DNA of 64,000 nucleotides from Vulcanimicrobiota bacterium (GCA_963833095.1 CAWHWQ010000004.1:32001-96000); one strand, 5' to 3'; counted from the stretch's first letter, positions 47,060 through 58,635 are shown. Numbers and translations: made by a program. The notes: generated by a model not told the origin, from the sequence alone.

Positions 47060-48006
47060 ATGCCAATGAAACGACCTGCCGCCATTACGCTCGATGCCCG
47101 GTCGCTGTCGCCTGCGAGTAAGACCGAACAGATCCTCGAAGCGTTCGACAAGCTGCAATCGGCGGCGCCCTCGAAATCAACGAAGAGAGCGATCCTCGCG
47201 CGTTGCGCAACGAGATGACGCAGCTGCGCCCGGGGCGTTTCTCGTGGGACGCGCGCAACCTGGGCGGAAGCCGCTGGACGATTCGCCTCGAGCGGATCGA
47301 CGAGCACGCCGACGGTGAAACCTTCCTGGCGCACGTCCCGCAGTTCACGCAAGCCAAGGCCCCGACCATCAAGGAACTCGCCACTCAAATGAGCGAGCGC
47401 AGCTACAAATCCGGCGACACGATTTTCGACGAGGGCGAGATGTGGCCGTATCTCGGCATCGTGAAGAGCGGCAAAGTGATCTACACGCTGCTCTCGCCCG
47501 ACGGCAAGACGCACACGATCGGCGAGCGTCTCACGCACGACACGCTCAACGAGAGCGGCACTTTCGACGGCGGCGGCGCCACGACGCGCGCCGAAGCGCT
47601 CACCGATGCTACCGTTGTCACGCTTCCGAGCGAAGCGGTGATTCACGCGGTGCGCAACGACGCCGAACTCGCGCTCGGGTTCTTGATCGCCGCCTCGCAA
47701 GCGCGGCGCCGTTCGATCGACACGATCGCCGATCTCGCGTTCGCCCACGTGCTGCAGCGCGTCGCAAAGTTCTTGCTCGGCTACGCGCGCGCATCGGTCG
47801 GCATGACGCGCGGACTGCCCGGCGTCGAGAATCTCTCGCAGGCGCAGATCGCCGCGGCCGCCGGAACCGTGCGCGACATGGCGGCCCGCGCGCTGCTGCG
47901 CTTGAAGAACTCGAACGCCGTCGAACTCGATCGCGGCCGCGTCAAGGCGATCGACCGCGCGCGGCTCGAAGCCTTCGCCCACAACGTTCAAGCCCCACCG
48001 GTTTGA
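47060..48006 (+). CDS. DUF2249-Crp/Fnr family regulator; one apparent frameshift near 47155
   Basis: LDARSL.P......EAFD.L..G.ALEI..ESDPR.L...PGRFSW (DUF2249-like), cNMP-type barrel, HTH LSQAQIA...GTVRD...R.L. Confidence 0.8.
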
Positions 48007-48560
48007 TCGAACACCTTCCCGCACGCGAATACGCAGAACAGCCTTGGAAAAACGGCGGCGGTCTCACACGAGAGATCGCCGTCGCCCTTTCCGACGAAGT
48101 AACGCCGCGCGTGCTGTGGCGCCTCTCCCTCGCCACGATCGATCGCGACGGGTCCTTCTCGCCGTTTCGCGGCTACGACCGCACCATCGTGGCTATTGAC
48201 GGCGGCCCAGTCGAACTGGAGGTCGAGGGCCAGAACGTTTTGCTTGACCGCGGCGAGCCCTACGCGTTCCCCGGCGAAGCCCAGGTCACGTGCCGGTTAC
48301 GCGCCGGCGCGGCGCGCGATCTCAACGTGATGACGCTGCGTGACGATTATGCGCACGACGTGGAGATCGTGACGTCGATCCAACGCTTCGTGCTCGACGA
48401 AGACGAAATCGTGTTCGTCTACGCGATCGAGGGGGAAGCGACCGCGTTAAGCGCTGCATGCGCGCAGGGCGATACGCTTGCGCTTCAGGCCGACGACGAC
48501 GATACCATCGAGGTACGCACCGCCGGCCTCGCGGCCGTCGTCCGAATCACCTCGCTCTAG
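48003..48560 (+). CDS. HutD/Ves family protein
   Basis: PWKNGGGLTREI, WRLS.A.I...G.FS.F.GYDR, DLNVM. Confidence 0.9.
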   Translation: MIEHLPAREYAEQPWKNGGGLTREIAVALSDEVTPRVLWRLSLATIDRDGSFSPFRGYDRTIVAIDGGPVELEVEGQNVLLDRGEPYAFPGEAQVTCRLRAGAARDLNVMTLRDDYAHDVEIVTSIQRFVLDEDEIVFVYAIEGEATALSAACAQGDTLALQADDDDTIEVRTAGLAAVVRITSL

Positions 48561-48622
48561 GCATCGAATTGGAGCGCATGATTCGTAGTGCGGTGCGGGG
48601 CGTTCGCGCCTACACTAAGGTC

Positions 48623-49090
48623 ATGAACAGCTCTGTACAACTCGCCCTCGCCTATCTTCCGATGCCCGTCGAGATCGCGGCCGAGGCCCGCCGAACGCTA
48701 CGCGATCGGTTTGGGCACCAGCTCCAGGTGGAGCGGAACCAAGCTCCGTGTCGCTCGTGTCTACGAATATCGAAAGAACCCGAGGATCTGATTCTGCTCT
48801 CCTATCAGCCGTTGCCCGATACGAATCCCTACGCCGAAATTGGACCGATCTTCATCCACGCGCGCGAGTGCGTGCCGTACCACTCAGGCGACTTCCCGGC
48901 GGACTTCCTTGACCGCGAGTTGGTGGTTCGTGCCTACGGCCACGACGGGCGAATCGCCGACGCGCTGGTCGCCGCGCCGGGAGACGCCGAGGGCGCTGCG
49001 GCTGGCTTTCTCGCAAACGACCGCATCGCCGAAGCGCACGTGCGCCATCGCAGCTACACATGCTTCGATTTCAAGATTGTGCGCGCATGA
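48623..49090 (+). CDS. DUF1203 family protein
   Basis: PCRSCL, L.SY.P, PY.E.GPIFIH, RAY, HVR....CF; TACACT 6 nt before ATG suggests a leaderless transcript. Confidence 0.85.
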   Translation: MNSSVQLALAYLPMPVEIAAEARRTLRDRFGHQLQVERNQAPCRSCLRISKEPEDLILLSYQPLPDTNPYAEIGPIFIHARECVPYHSGDFPADFLDRELVVRAYGHDGRIADALVAAPGDAEGAAAGFLANDRIAEAHVRHRSYTCFDFKIVRA

Positions 49091-49968
49091 ACACCCCGTC
49101 CTTCTACGGCGTAAAGACGACCGGCATCTACTGCCGCACGGGCTGCGCCAGCCGAAAGGCACTCGCGCGCAACATGCGATTTTTCAACGACGTGCAATCT
49201 GCACGTGATGCCGGCTTTCGCGCATGCAAGCGCTGCCGGCCCGATGAGGCAGCGTCGATCGATTCGCGTATCGTGCAAGCCTGTCGCTTACTCGATAAAG
49301 CCGGCGACCGCATAACGCTCGACGAACTCGCGCGGCGCGTGACCTTGAGTCCGGCGTATTTCCAGCGCCTCTTTACACGCACGATTGGGATCTCGCCGCG
49401 CGCGTATGGAAAGCTCGCGCGCGACAATCGCTTCGAGCGGCCGCGCGGTGGCGGCAAAGGCAAACAGGTTGCTTATGCGATCGTCGATTCGTCGCTTGGT
49501 CGCGTGCTTGTCGCCGCCACAGCACGCGGAATTTGCCGCGTCGACATCGGCGGGAGCGACAAGGCCCTCGAGCTGCGCCTTCGCGAGGCCTTCCCGCTCG
49601 CGCAATGCGAACGCAGCGACGACAGCCTCGAAAGCGCAACCTCGCGCATCGTCGCCTATCTCGCGAACGATGGGCCGTGGCCCTCGCTACCGCTCGACGT
49701 GCGCGCAACCGCGTTTCAAATGCGCGTGTGGGAAGCGCTGCGAACGATCAAGCCCGGCAAGACAATGCAGTACGCGGAACTGGCTCGCGCGATCGGCTCT
49801 CCTTCAGCGGCGCGCGCCGTAGCGCGAGCATGCGCGACCAATCCGGTCGCGCTGCTCATTCCGTGCCATCGCATCGTTGCGGCAAGCGGCGACGTTGGCG
49901 GTTACCGCTGGGGTGTGAAGCGCAAGGAGCGCCTACTCGCTAATGAACGAGCGTATAGTCGCCGGTGA
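49087..49968 (+). CDS. ada: Ada bifunctional regulator / O6-methylguanine methyltransferase
   Basis: TTGIYCR.GC.SR, GFRACKRCRP, AraC HTH, IPCHRI. Confidence 0.95.
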   Translation: MNTPSFYGVKTTGIYCRTGCASRKALARNMRFFNDVQSARDAGFRACKRCRPDEAASIDSRIVQACRLLDKAGDRITLDELARRVTLSPAYFQRLFTRTIGISPRAYGKLARDNRFERPRGGGKGKQVAYAIVDSSLGRVLVAATARGICRVDIGGSDKALELRLREAFPLAQCERSDDSLESATSRIVAYLANDGPWPSLPLDVRATAFQMRVWEALRTIKPGKTMQYAELARAIGSPSAARAVARACATNPVALLIPCHRIVAASGDVGGYRWGVKRKERLLANERAYSRR

Positions 49969-50353
49969 TCGCGGGATTGACCATTGACGTGTGCAGGCGC
50001 GGCCCACTGCATTCGGTTCCAGGGTGAACGCGTAGATTTTCGCGCGTCACGCCGTTGTCGAACACGTCGTCAACGCGGCAATCGCCCGCCCTGTGCGAGG
50101 TCGCAACCGCTACCATATACCGGCCCGGCTGTAGCGCGAGCTTAGAGTAGTATCCCTGGCCGTCGGTCGTCACCGTCGCCACTGCGGAGTCCACGTAATG
50201 CAGAGGCAAGCGAAAGAAGGCGACCTGCGCGCCGTTGAGCGGGCGTCCGTTCGCGTCATAGACGTGTCCGATGAAACCGCCCGTGCCGTTAGCAGCCGCA
50301 ACCGGAATCGCCGTGGCGACCAGCAGGCTGAGAATTCCAAGTAGCTGTCTCAT
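49940..50353 (-). CDS. secreted carboxypeptidase-regulatory-like domain protein
   Basis: signal peptide; G.V.D..GRPL.GA.V...TTD.QG.Y....L.PGRY. Confidence 0.75.
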   Translation of the reverse strand: MRQLLGILSLLVATAIPVAAANGTGGFIGHVYDANGRPLNGAQVAFFRLPLHYVDSAVATVTTDGQGYYSKLALQPGRYMVAVATSHRAGDCRVDDVFDNGVTRENLRVHPGTECSGPRLHTSMVNPAITGDYTLVH

Positions 50354-50396
50354 GGCGACCCCGTACCCACGACCGCCGAGTGCTAACCGGTTCGAT

Positions 50397-50933
50397 CTAC
50401 GCCTTCACGGCATCCACGGACTCAAGCTCGCTCGTCTCTTCGTTGGTATGCAAGTCGAACGCCGCACGCTTGCTCTTTGCCGCCGCGTCTGCGAGCGGCT
50501 GTTGCTGCGGAGCGGCTGCTGGTTTGGGCGCATTAGCAAGCGCAGCGCGCCCCTTTTGCACCGAGCCGAGCGCGGCTGCAAGACGACCTTCCATTTCGGC
50601 GAGCACTTGCGTCGCGTAGTTATCCGCGCCTTCGCGGATCTTGCGCGCACGTTCTTCGGCTTCACGCAGGACGACCTCAGCGGTCGTACGCGCGCGCTGC
50701 ACGATTTCATGATCGTCGATCAATTCGTCGGCTTTTTCTTGCGCTGCACGCATGACACGCTCTTGGTCCTTGGCAATGATCTGCGCGCGTCCGACTTCTT
50801 TGGGAAGCGTAGAACGAATCTTCTCTACGAATTCCACGAGACGTTCCTCGGAGAGAACGCGGAAACCGGCGGGAAGCCAAGTTCCCTCATGTACGTAGCT
50901 CTCGAGCTTATCCAACACGCGATAGACCGACAT
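50397..50933 (-). CDS. coiled-coil protein typically found after coaD (DivIVA/ATP synthase b-like)
   Basis: LDKLE..V, IR..LP.E...A..I, GAD.YA..VL. Confidence 0.7.
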   Translation of the reverse strand: MSVYRVLDKLESYVHEGTWLPAGFRVLSEERLVEFVEKIRSTLPKEVGRAQIIAKDQERVMRAAQEKADELIDDHEIVQRARTTAEVVLREAEERARKIREGADNYATQVLAEMEGRLAAALGSVQKGRAALANAPKPAAAPQQQPLADAAAKSKRAAFDLHTNEETSELESVDAVKA

Positions 50934-50945
50934 TACGAACCTCCG

Positions 50946-51449
50946 TTACGCTTGCTTGAGTGCGGTGCGCTTCGTCGACATGACATTGAGTACCGGGACC
51001 GGTACGAACGGTGCGACGTCGCCACCGAGAAAGAAGACTTCTTTGACGAGGCTCGAGCTGACGAACGAATAGCGAGCATCCGACATCAGGAAGAGCGTAT
51101 CGACATTGGAGAGCGACCGATTCATGAGCGCGGTCGACATCTCGGTTTCGAAGTCGGAGACAACGCGAAGTCCCTTGACGATCACGTCGCCGTCCTGTGC
51201 TCTGACATAACCCGCAAGTAGACCTCGGAAGTGATCGACGCGCACGTTAGGGAGGTGCGCGACGCACTGCTTAAGCATGTGTTCGCGCTCGTCAAGCGTG
51301 AACATTGGATTGCGTTTTTGCGGATTGACGACAACGGCGACGATGAGTTCCCCGAACGCAGCGGCGGCTCGTTCGATGACGTCGAGGTGACCGTTCGTTG
51401 GTGGATCGAACGATCCCGGGTAGATGGCCCGCGTGACTCGGGGAGTCAA
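50946..51449 (-). CDS. coaD: phosphopantetheine adenylyltransferase
   Basis: AIYPGSFDP.TNGHLDVI.RA; KGLR.VSDFE.E; SSSLVKE. Confidence 0.97.
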   Translation of the reverse strand: MTPRVTRAIYPGSFDPPTNGHLDVIERAAAAFGELIVAVVVNPQKRNPMFTLDEREHMLKQCVAHLPNVRVDHFRGLLAGYVRAQDGDVIVKGLRVVSDFETEMSTALMNRSLSNVDTLFLMSDARYSFVSSSLVKEVFFLGGDVAPFVPVPVLNVMSTKRTALKQA

Positions 51450-51991
51450 CCTACGGTGAAGAACGCCAGAGCGACATCGCCGTAGACTTCTTCGCGTGTC
51501 GAGCGATACCCCGGTATGTCGGGAAGAATCCGTTTCGCGGCGTGTTCGTACACCACGAGCGCATCCGGCGCCAAGAGCGAACGCTCCAAGAGCAACCGGA
51601 AAATCTGCTGCGGCACCTCGTTCGCGTAGGGCGGGTCGAGATAGACGATATCAAACGGTCCCTCAATGCGATAGAGCGCGCGCTCGGCCGGCGCCGCGAC
51701 GACGCTCACGCGATCGTCGACCTCGAGGTCCTTGGCCGACTCTTCGATCGCCTGTGCCGTTTCACGATGCGCCTCGACGCTCACCACACGAGCCGCGCCG
51801 CGTGACGCGGCCTCAAAGCCGATCGCGCCGGTGCCGGCAAAGAGATCGAGCACGTTCGCGCCTTCGATCCGAGACATCAGGATCGAAAAGAGCGATTCTT
51901 TGACGCGGCCCGGCGTCGGACGCACGCTCATCCCCTTGGGCGACTTCAATTTTCGGCTCCCCAGCTCGCCGCCGGTGATCTTGGGACTCAA
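51446..51991 (-). CDS. rsmD: 16S rRNA m2G966 methyltransferase
   Basis: RPT..RVKESLF, LDLFAGTGA.G.EA.SRGA, DPPY. Confidence 0.96.
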   Translation of the reverse strand: MSPKITGGELGSRKLKSPKGMSVRPTPGRVKESLFSILMSRIEGANVLDLFAGTGAIGFEAASRGAARVVSVEAHRETAQAIEESAKDLEVDDRVSVVAAPAERALYRIEGPFDIVYLDPPYANEVPQQIFRLLLERSLLAPDALVVYEHAAKRILPDIPGYRSTREEVYGDVALAFFTVG

Positions 51992-52683
51992 ACTCCTGCC
52001 TCCGCAGCAACAAGTGTAAGGACCTCATCGAGCGAGTGGACCACGTGGGTCGGTGACGGGAGGTCCGCGGGGTAGCTCTTCCCTTCGTGGTCGAGCCAGA
52101 CCGCCTGGAACCCAGCTCCGAGCGCGCCGGCCACATCACTTCGCGGGTCGTCTCCGACATAGAAACAACGAGCCGGATCGGCCCGCAGTTCACGCGCCAG
52201 CGCCTCGAAAGCTACCGGATTTGGCTTTTGCACCCCGAGGTCGGCGCTGGCCAGCACTCTGCCGCCGAAGCCCGCCAGGCGCGCCTTGGTGACCTGGAGA
52301 GGATTCCAGCCGTTGCTGAGCACCGCGACGGGAACGCCGTCTCGCTCGAGCGCGGCGATCGTGGGTCTCGCGCGCGGATCGGGCACGATAAAGCTCTCCG
52401 CCATCGACAGCGCCACGTGTTTGAATCCTTCGACGTGCGCCTGCGTCGGTGTGACGCCGCGCTCGCTTACGAAGCGTCGCACGGCCTCTTCGATCGAGCC
52501 GCCGCCGCTGCGAGCAAAGACCAGCAGCGCATCGATGTGTTCGGTCTCCTGGGCCAAACTCCCGAGGCAAATCCCACCGTCGTCGATCACGCGACCGAGT
52601 AAGTGCAAGAAGGCCACGCGCTCGAGCTTATTATCGATGCACAATGTGTGATCGATGTCGAAGCCGACGGCGCATTCGGCCAT
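51988..52683 (-). CDS. HAD family hydrolase
   Basis: FDIDHTL, LSNG, KP.P..F, YVGD....DV.GA..AG. Confidence 0.9.
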   Translation of the reverse strand: MAECAVGFDIDHTLCIDNKLERVAFLHLLGRVIDDGGICLGSLAQETEHIDALLVFARSGGGSIEEAVRRFVSERGVTPTQAHVEGFKHVALSMAESFIVPDPRARPTIAALERDGVPVAVLSNGWNPLQVTKARLAGFGGRVLASADLGVQKPNPVAFEALARELRADPARCFYVGDDPRSDVAGALGAGFQAVWLDHEGKSYPADLPSPTHVVHSLDEVLTLVAAEAGV

Positions 52684-55340
52684 TACTTCGGGCCCGGACC
52701 GGTGACGATGCGCACGAAGGCGGTCGGGCGAATCCACTTCGCGAACGCCGCCTGCACTTGCGCCGCGGTCGCGTTGAGATAGTTCTGCGCGTCACGTTGA
52801 TACTCGTCGAGTGGAAGTCCTTGGGAAGAATAGCGTAAGAACATCGTGCTGACGCCGCTGTAGCTCGCCTGCTGAATCGGGACGTCGCCCAACAGCAGTG
52901 CCTTGGCCCGCAAAAGATCGGTCTGCGAGAGCGGCGAGGTTTGCAAGCGCTGGAGGTCCGCGACGACGGCGGCCTGCGCCGGCACGATGTTTTGCGGATC
53001 GCAAGCATAGTCACGTGGAAGCTCGAGCGCATTTTTCCGGTACGAAGGGCGCTCCGACCGAATACGCGTAGCCGTGCACTTCGCGCAAATCGTGATACAG
53101 CAGCGAGGAGTAGAAGCCGCCCGTGAGCACCGTGTTGGCAACCTGAAGCGGCGCCCAAGCCGGATCGGTGCGGCGCACGTCGTCGATTCGACGAGCTGCA
53201 CCGACGACTGCACGCGGCCGTTGGCCGGAACCAGAGCTTGCGGCGGCGGTTGGCCGGCGCGGCCGGCGGATAGACGTTCGGTTTCGGTCCGGTTGCCGTC
53301 CAACCGCCGAAGTATTTGCTACGACGGCTGGGCTGCTCGGGTGTCGTCGCCGGTGACGACGATCGTCGTCAGGTCTGGACGATACGCCGCGGCGTACCAG
53401 CCCTTGACTTGTCCAGCGTGACGCGCCCGCGGACTGCGGCGATGCAAAGCTGCGGTCGGATCGCCGGCGGGATAGAGCGCCTTGTTGAGCGCGACATCGG
53501 TCAGATGGTCGGGCGACGTCACTTCGCCGTGAGCGAGCCGACGGTTTGCTTCTGAACGATGGCAAACGCTTTCGGATCGAAGGCCGGATGCAGCTCCTCG
53601 TCGGCGAGCAATTGCATGCTGCGGTCGAAATCCCCCGAGAGCGCCTCGACGCCGAAATCGGTCCGGCGCTGGTGGTCGCCGCGATTTTATCGAGTTCGGC
53701 TTGAAACTGCGACGCGATCGTAGGTGGTCGTGCCGAACGGCAAGAGCTGCGTGCGATATCGGCGAGCCGCCCTCTTCCGCGGGCTCCTGAACTTGCGGGT
53801 TGTTGAGAATCTCGCCGCGTCACGACGACGGTCCGGTGATGTGTTCCGGCTGCACGATCAAGCGCAGTCCGTTCGGCAGCGTCGTGTCGGTCGGGCAGAG
53901 CGAGCTCGGCGGCACGGCGAGATGCGAGAGAATCGCTTGCGCGAACGCGGGCAGCGGTTCGTGCGTGTTGGGGGGAAGCCGTTGTCTTCTTTGCCCATCC
54001 GCTGCCGCCGGAGCTGGTCGCTCCGGAGTTCTTCGGCACCGCGTACGCCGCAACAACTTCGATTGTTGTCGAGGTACGTGCGCAGCACGCGGTTCACATC
54101 GGCAGTGGTCACCTTGGCGAACTGCGCTTTCATCGAATCGGGCGACGCGACGCCTTGCACGGCGACCGCCTGGCTCCACTGGAACGCCAACCCTTCGATC
54201 GAGTTGCCGTTGAATTCGAGTTGCGAGATTTCGCGCAGCTTCGATGCCGTCACCGAGATCGTCGGGTACGCCGCTCTTCGCGTACGCGGCGAAGTCGTCG
54301 CGCATGGCTCTTGTCGAGCGTCTCCGGCTTGCTGGTGACGGGAACGATCGCCGAAGACGATACCGACGCCGGCGTGCTGAAACGCTTGGACTTGGAACTG
54401 GCGAAGAGCGCTTTCCCTTCGTACGGCATCGAGCCGAACGTGCTGCGCGAGTTGTTGAGCACGTCGGCGAGGATTTGTCCGGCCGCATAGTCCGGGCTGT
54501 CGTAGCCGGGCATGCGATAGCCGAGAAGCACGACGGTGAACGGCTGGTCCGACGTGTCGTGATAGGTCGCTCGCGGTGACGGGCTTCAACTTCACCGGCG
54601 GGCGAACCGGAAGTTTTGCGGCGGGAAGATCGCCGAACAGCGCCTTGACCTTGGCGATCGGTCGACGGGCCGTCGACGTCGCCGACGATCACGTAGGTCG
54701 CGTTGTTGGGGTGATACCAGGTGCTGTAGAAGTTCAGCAGGTTCTTGCTGTTCACGTCGTGGGCGAAGCCGCTAACCGTCCCAAGGCCGTTCTTCGCGTA
54801 CGGCGTTCCCGCGACCAAACGGATCCGACATCTTCTCGTAGAGGCGGTAGATTGCGTTGCTGTTATCCTGCGTCACTTCTTGCGTGATCGCGCCGCGCTC
54901 CTGATTCCACTAGCGACTGCGACATCAGCAGGCCGGCCGCGCGCGAGCGTTCGAGTTTGAGCGCGACGTCGAGATACTGCGAGGGCAGCGTGAAGAAATA
55001 TTGCGTTACCGCGTCTTGCGTGTCCGCGTCGAAATCGCCGCCGGTGAGACTAAGCGTATCCATGAACTGCGCGGACGAGACGGTCTTGCTGCCGCGGAAC
55101 ATCATGTGCTCGGTCGCATGCGCGAGTCCCGTCGACAGTCTGGTCGTCCGAACCGGACCGATAGTTCAGCATCGTGGTCACGACCGGCGCGAGCGGGTTG
55201 TGGACGACGATGATCTGAGGCCGTTGGGAAGCGTGGCGCGGGTCACGTCGACTCCGGCGGCCGCGGAACTGCCGGGGCAGAACAAAGACGGCTGGGGCCA
55301 CCGCAATCGCGGCAGCGAAACGATTCGCACAATAACGCAT
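52683..55340 (-). CDS. M16 (pitrilysin/PqqL-like) zinc protease; heavily frameshifted as assembled
   Basis: TLPNGL (twice), [12 protein letters not shown] (HxxEH), [10 protein letters not shown]...IVGD, SLLY..LRE..G.AYSV in different frames. Confidence 0.85.
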
Positions 55341-55374
55341 CCGCCGCCGTATTCGCGGCGGAGCCCCGCTTCCC

Positions 55375-57430
55375 TCACGAGGAGAGCAACGAGCGCCTGC
55401 GTGCTCGGGCGGCGCTCCAAAAGCGCCCGCAGCCCTGCGTGCTCGGGTCGCGCACGTGCGGGTCGGCGGCGACGATCTTCTCGGCGGCCGGCCTTGGCCG
55501 CAAGGTAGATTTCGAAGTCGCGCACCAGGTCGGCGACGTCCAAGTCGGCCTGCGCCCGCCTGCAGCGTGCCCGGAAAACTGGCCGGCGCCGCGAATTCGC
55601 AGATCCGCTTCGGCGATCTTGAAGCCGTCGGTCGACTTGGTGAGGATGCTGAGCCGCTCGGTCTCGCCCGCATCATCGGGATAGACCAGATGCAGTACGA
55701 CTTCGCGGCGCCGCGGCCGACGCGGCCGCGCAGCTGGTGGAGCTGCGCGAGACCGTAGCGCTGCGCATCCAGGACGACCATCACGCTGGCATTGGCGACG
55801 TCGACGCCAACCTCGACGACCGTGGTCGAAACCAGCACATCGATCTCACCGCGGGCAAACCGGCCCATCACCTCATCTTTCTCCCGGCGGGTGAGCCGCC
55901 CGTGCAGCAGCCCGAACGGCGCAAGTCGGGGAAGACGTCGTTTTTCAAGCGCTCCGCTTCGGCCACGACGCTGGTGAGATCGCTCTCGCCTTCCTCGATC
56001 GCGGGTGCGACGACGTAGGCTTGTGCGCCGCGCTCGACGATCTTGCGAACGAACTCGTACGCCCGCTCCAAACGGCTAGGTGCGCATCGCGAACGTTTCG
56101 ATCGGCGTGCGGCCCGGCGGCAGCTCGTCGATGATCGAAACGTCGAGATCGGCGTACTTCGATTGCGCGAGCGTGCGCGGAATCGGCGTCGCCGTCATGT
56201 GCAGCGTGTGCGGCGCGACGCCCTTGGCGCGCAGCCGCGCGCGCTGCTCGACGCCGAAGCGATGCTGCTCGTCGATGACCACCAGTCCGAGGCGTTTGAA
56301 ATCCACGCCTTCGGTGAGCAGCGCGTGCGTGCCGACCGCGACCCAGCGCTTCGCCGCCCGCGATCTTGCCGCGCGCCGCGTTGCGCGCCGCGCGGCCTTG
56401 GCTGCCGAAGACCGCTTCGAGCGTAACGCCGAACGGCAGCAGCAGCGGGGCGAGTTTGCTCGCGTGCTGCGACGCGAGAATCTCGGTCGGCGCCATCAGC
56501 GCCGACTGCACGCCGTTGCGTGCCGCAAGGACGATCGCGGCGGCCGCGACCAGCGTCTTTCCGCTGCCGACATCGCCCTGCAGCAGGCGATTCATCGGGA
56601 TGTCGCGCGCCATATCGTGCCAGATCTCGCCGATTGCGCGGCGCTGCGCGCCGGTGAGCGCGAACGGAGCGAGTGCTTCGAATTCTTCGAGAGACCGTGC
56701 GGAATGCGCAGCGCGCGCGCCGCGTTCGACGCTCGCGCTCGGCCCGGCGCAGCTGCGCCGACGCCGCGAGCGCCAAGAACTCGCCGAAGATAAAGCGTTC
56801 GCGCGCGCGCTCCGCATCTTCGGGCGTCTGCGGCTCGTGCACGGCACGGTACGCTTCGTCGGACGATTTGTAGTACGCGGCTTCGCAGCGGGCTTCGGCG
56901 GGAAGCGGATCGTCGCCGGCCAGCATCGAGCAGGCGCGCAAGGTTCTTGCGCACGACCTTGGCAATTTTGCGCGTCGCCAGATCCTTGCTGGCGCGGTAG
57001 ACCGGTTCGAGTTCGCCGCGATACGATTTCCCCGTCGCGAAGTATCGCATACTGTCCGACATTGATGACGGCGCCGGCGAGCGTGCGCTCCACGCGGCCG
57101 CGCACGAAAAGGCGCATGCCGTCTTTGAATCGCCCGTACACGTACCGGTTGCGGCCGATCCATTTCGCGGTGAAATCGCGCCTTCGTCGTCGCGCAAACG
57201 CGCTTCGACGATCTCGAGGCCGCGAACGCGGCGCTCCTTGACCGCCGTCACGTGCCGACGGCATTCTCCTCACCACCGGCTCGTCCCGAGGCGTTCGACG
57301 GCGTCGGCAAACGCAAATCCTCGTAACGGAAGGGCAAATAGTCGAGTAAGTCGCGTGAGGTCTCGATCCCGAGCTCGCGAAAGAGCGGCGCGCTCTTCGG
57401 GCCGACGCCGGCGAGTTCGCCGATCTTCAC
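55375..57430 (-). CDS. recG: ATP-dependent DNA helicase RecG; heavily frameshifted as assembled
   Basis: [78 protein letters not shown]. Confidence 0.93.
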
Positions 57431-58377
57431 GAAAACGCGTTCGTTCGTTCGCGCAGCTCGTCGTAGACCGCGCGCAAATGGGGAACCGGCACACCCAAAT
57501 CTTCGCCCAGCTCGACTACCGCGCCGACGATCGGATCCAGTTCGAGCGGGCGACGCGCTTGCAAATCCTGCAACATCGAGGTCCGCACGTCGGTGAGACG
57601 CTGCGCGTACGTCATGCGCGCGTCCAGGTCGACGTCCTCCACCACCCCGAGCTTGCGCCCGACCGCGACGGTCTCGAGCATCAGCTGCCGTACTTCTTCG
57701 CGCGTGACCGGATTGGCGAGCATTTGATGGATCGTGAGCTCGTGAATCGTGCTTACCGGATTGAGACCCGCATTGTTGATGAGCTTGAGCCAGGTGAAGT
57801 GGCGAATGTTCGGCTCGACTTCGGGCTGCAGTCCCGCGTCGCGCATCGCGGTCGTTAATCGCGCCAAAGGCTCGTCGACCGTAGGATCCATGGCACCCAG
57901 AATGAAACGGCCGCCGCCGCTTTGACGGATCTTGCCGGGCTCGGCGATGTTTCCGGACACGTGCACCACGCCGCCGATCGTTTGCTTATCCGGGATCAGT
58001 GCGCCGATAGAACCGCTTGGATCGACGGTCTGCAGCGGCGGCGTGCGGCGAAACCAAAATGGCACGCCGTTTTGCAGCGTGACGATCGTGGTGCCGGCCT
58101 CCACGGCGGCCGCGACTTGCGGAAGGAACCCCGGCCATTGGTGTGCCTTGAACGTAAGGAGCGCAAAATCAAATGTCTCAAGCGAACGAAGATCGTCGCT
58201 CACTTCGACGCGTGCGGCGAACTCCCCGAGATCGCTCGAGAGTACGGTGATGCCATCCCGGCGGATCGCTTCGAGATGGGCGCCGCGCGCGATGGCGCCG
58301 ACAGCCACCCCGGCGCGCGCCAGCGCGGCGGCGATGTACCCGCCGATGGCGCCCGCACCTACGATAACTATGCGCAT
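57427..58377 (-). CDS. panE: 2-dehydropantoate 2-reductase family protein
   Basis: GAGAIGG, LQNG, W.KL..N...NP, TSMLQD....R.LE. Confidence 0.88.
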   Translation of the reverse strand: MRIVIVGAGAIGGYIAAALARAGVAVGAIARGAHLEAIRRDGITVLSSDLGEFAARVEVSDDLRSLETFDFALLTFKAHQWPGFLPQVAAAVEAGTTIVTLQNGVPFWFRRTPPLQTVDPSGSIGALIPDKQTIGGVVHVSGNIAEPGKIRQSGGGRFILGAMDPTVDEPLARLTTAMRDAGLQPEVEPNIRHFTWLKLINNAGLNPVSTIHELTIHQMLANPVTREEVRQLMLETVAVGRKLGVVEDVDLDARMTYAQRLTDVRTSMLQDLQARRPLELDPIVGAVVELGEDLGVPVPHLRAVYDELRERTNAFS

Positions 58378-58390
58378 TTGGAAGACATTC

Positions 58391-58462
58391 AGGCGACGGG
58401 CAGATTCGAACTGCCGAATGGGGCTTTTGCAGAGCCCTGCCTTACCACTTGGCTACGTCGCC
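58391..58462 (-). tRNA. tRNA-Cys(GCA), CCA not encoded
   Basis: GGCGACG/CGTCGCC acceptor stem, GGGCT-CTGCAAA-AGCCC anticodon arm, TTCGAAT T-loop. Confidence 0.95.
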
Positions 58463-58499
58463 GCATTCGATGAAACAAACGATTCGGGGCCGCGGTTGC

Positions 58500-58573
58500 T
58501 GGAGCGGGTAGTGGGAATCGAACCCACGCATCAACCTTGGGAAGGTCGCAGGCTACCATTACATCATACCCGC
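58500..58573 (-). tRNA. tRNA-Gly(CCC)
   Basis: GCGGGTA/TACCCGC-TCCA; anticodon loop TTCCCAA. Confidence 0.95.
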
Positions 58574-58635
58574 GAACCACAGCAGCCGCCGATTCGGTGC
58601 AGGCCGCGACGCGTCCTGGCGGAAGTGGTGCTCCA

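Noticed and set aside
55375..57430. recG and neighbours as true pseudogenes or programmed frameshifts
   Set aside because: Many scattered indels with intact motifs, clustered in sharply bounded tracts, fit consensus error better
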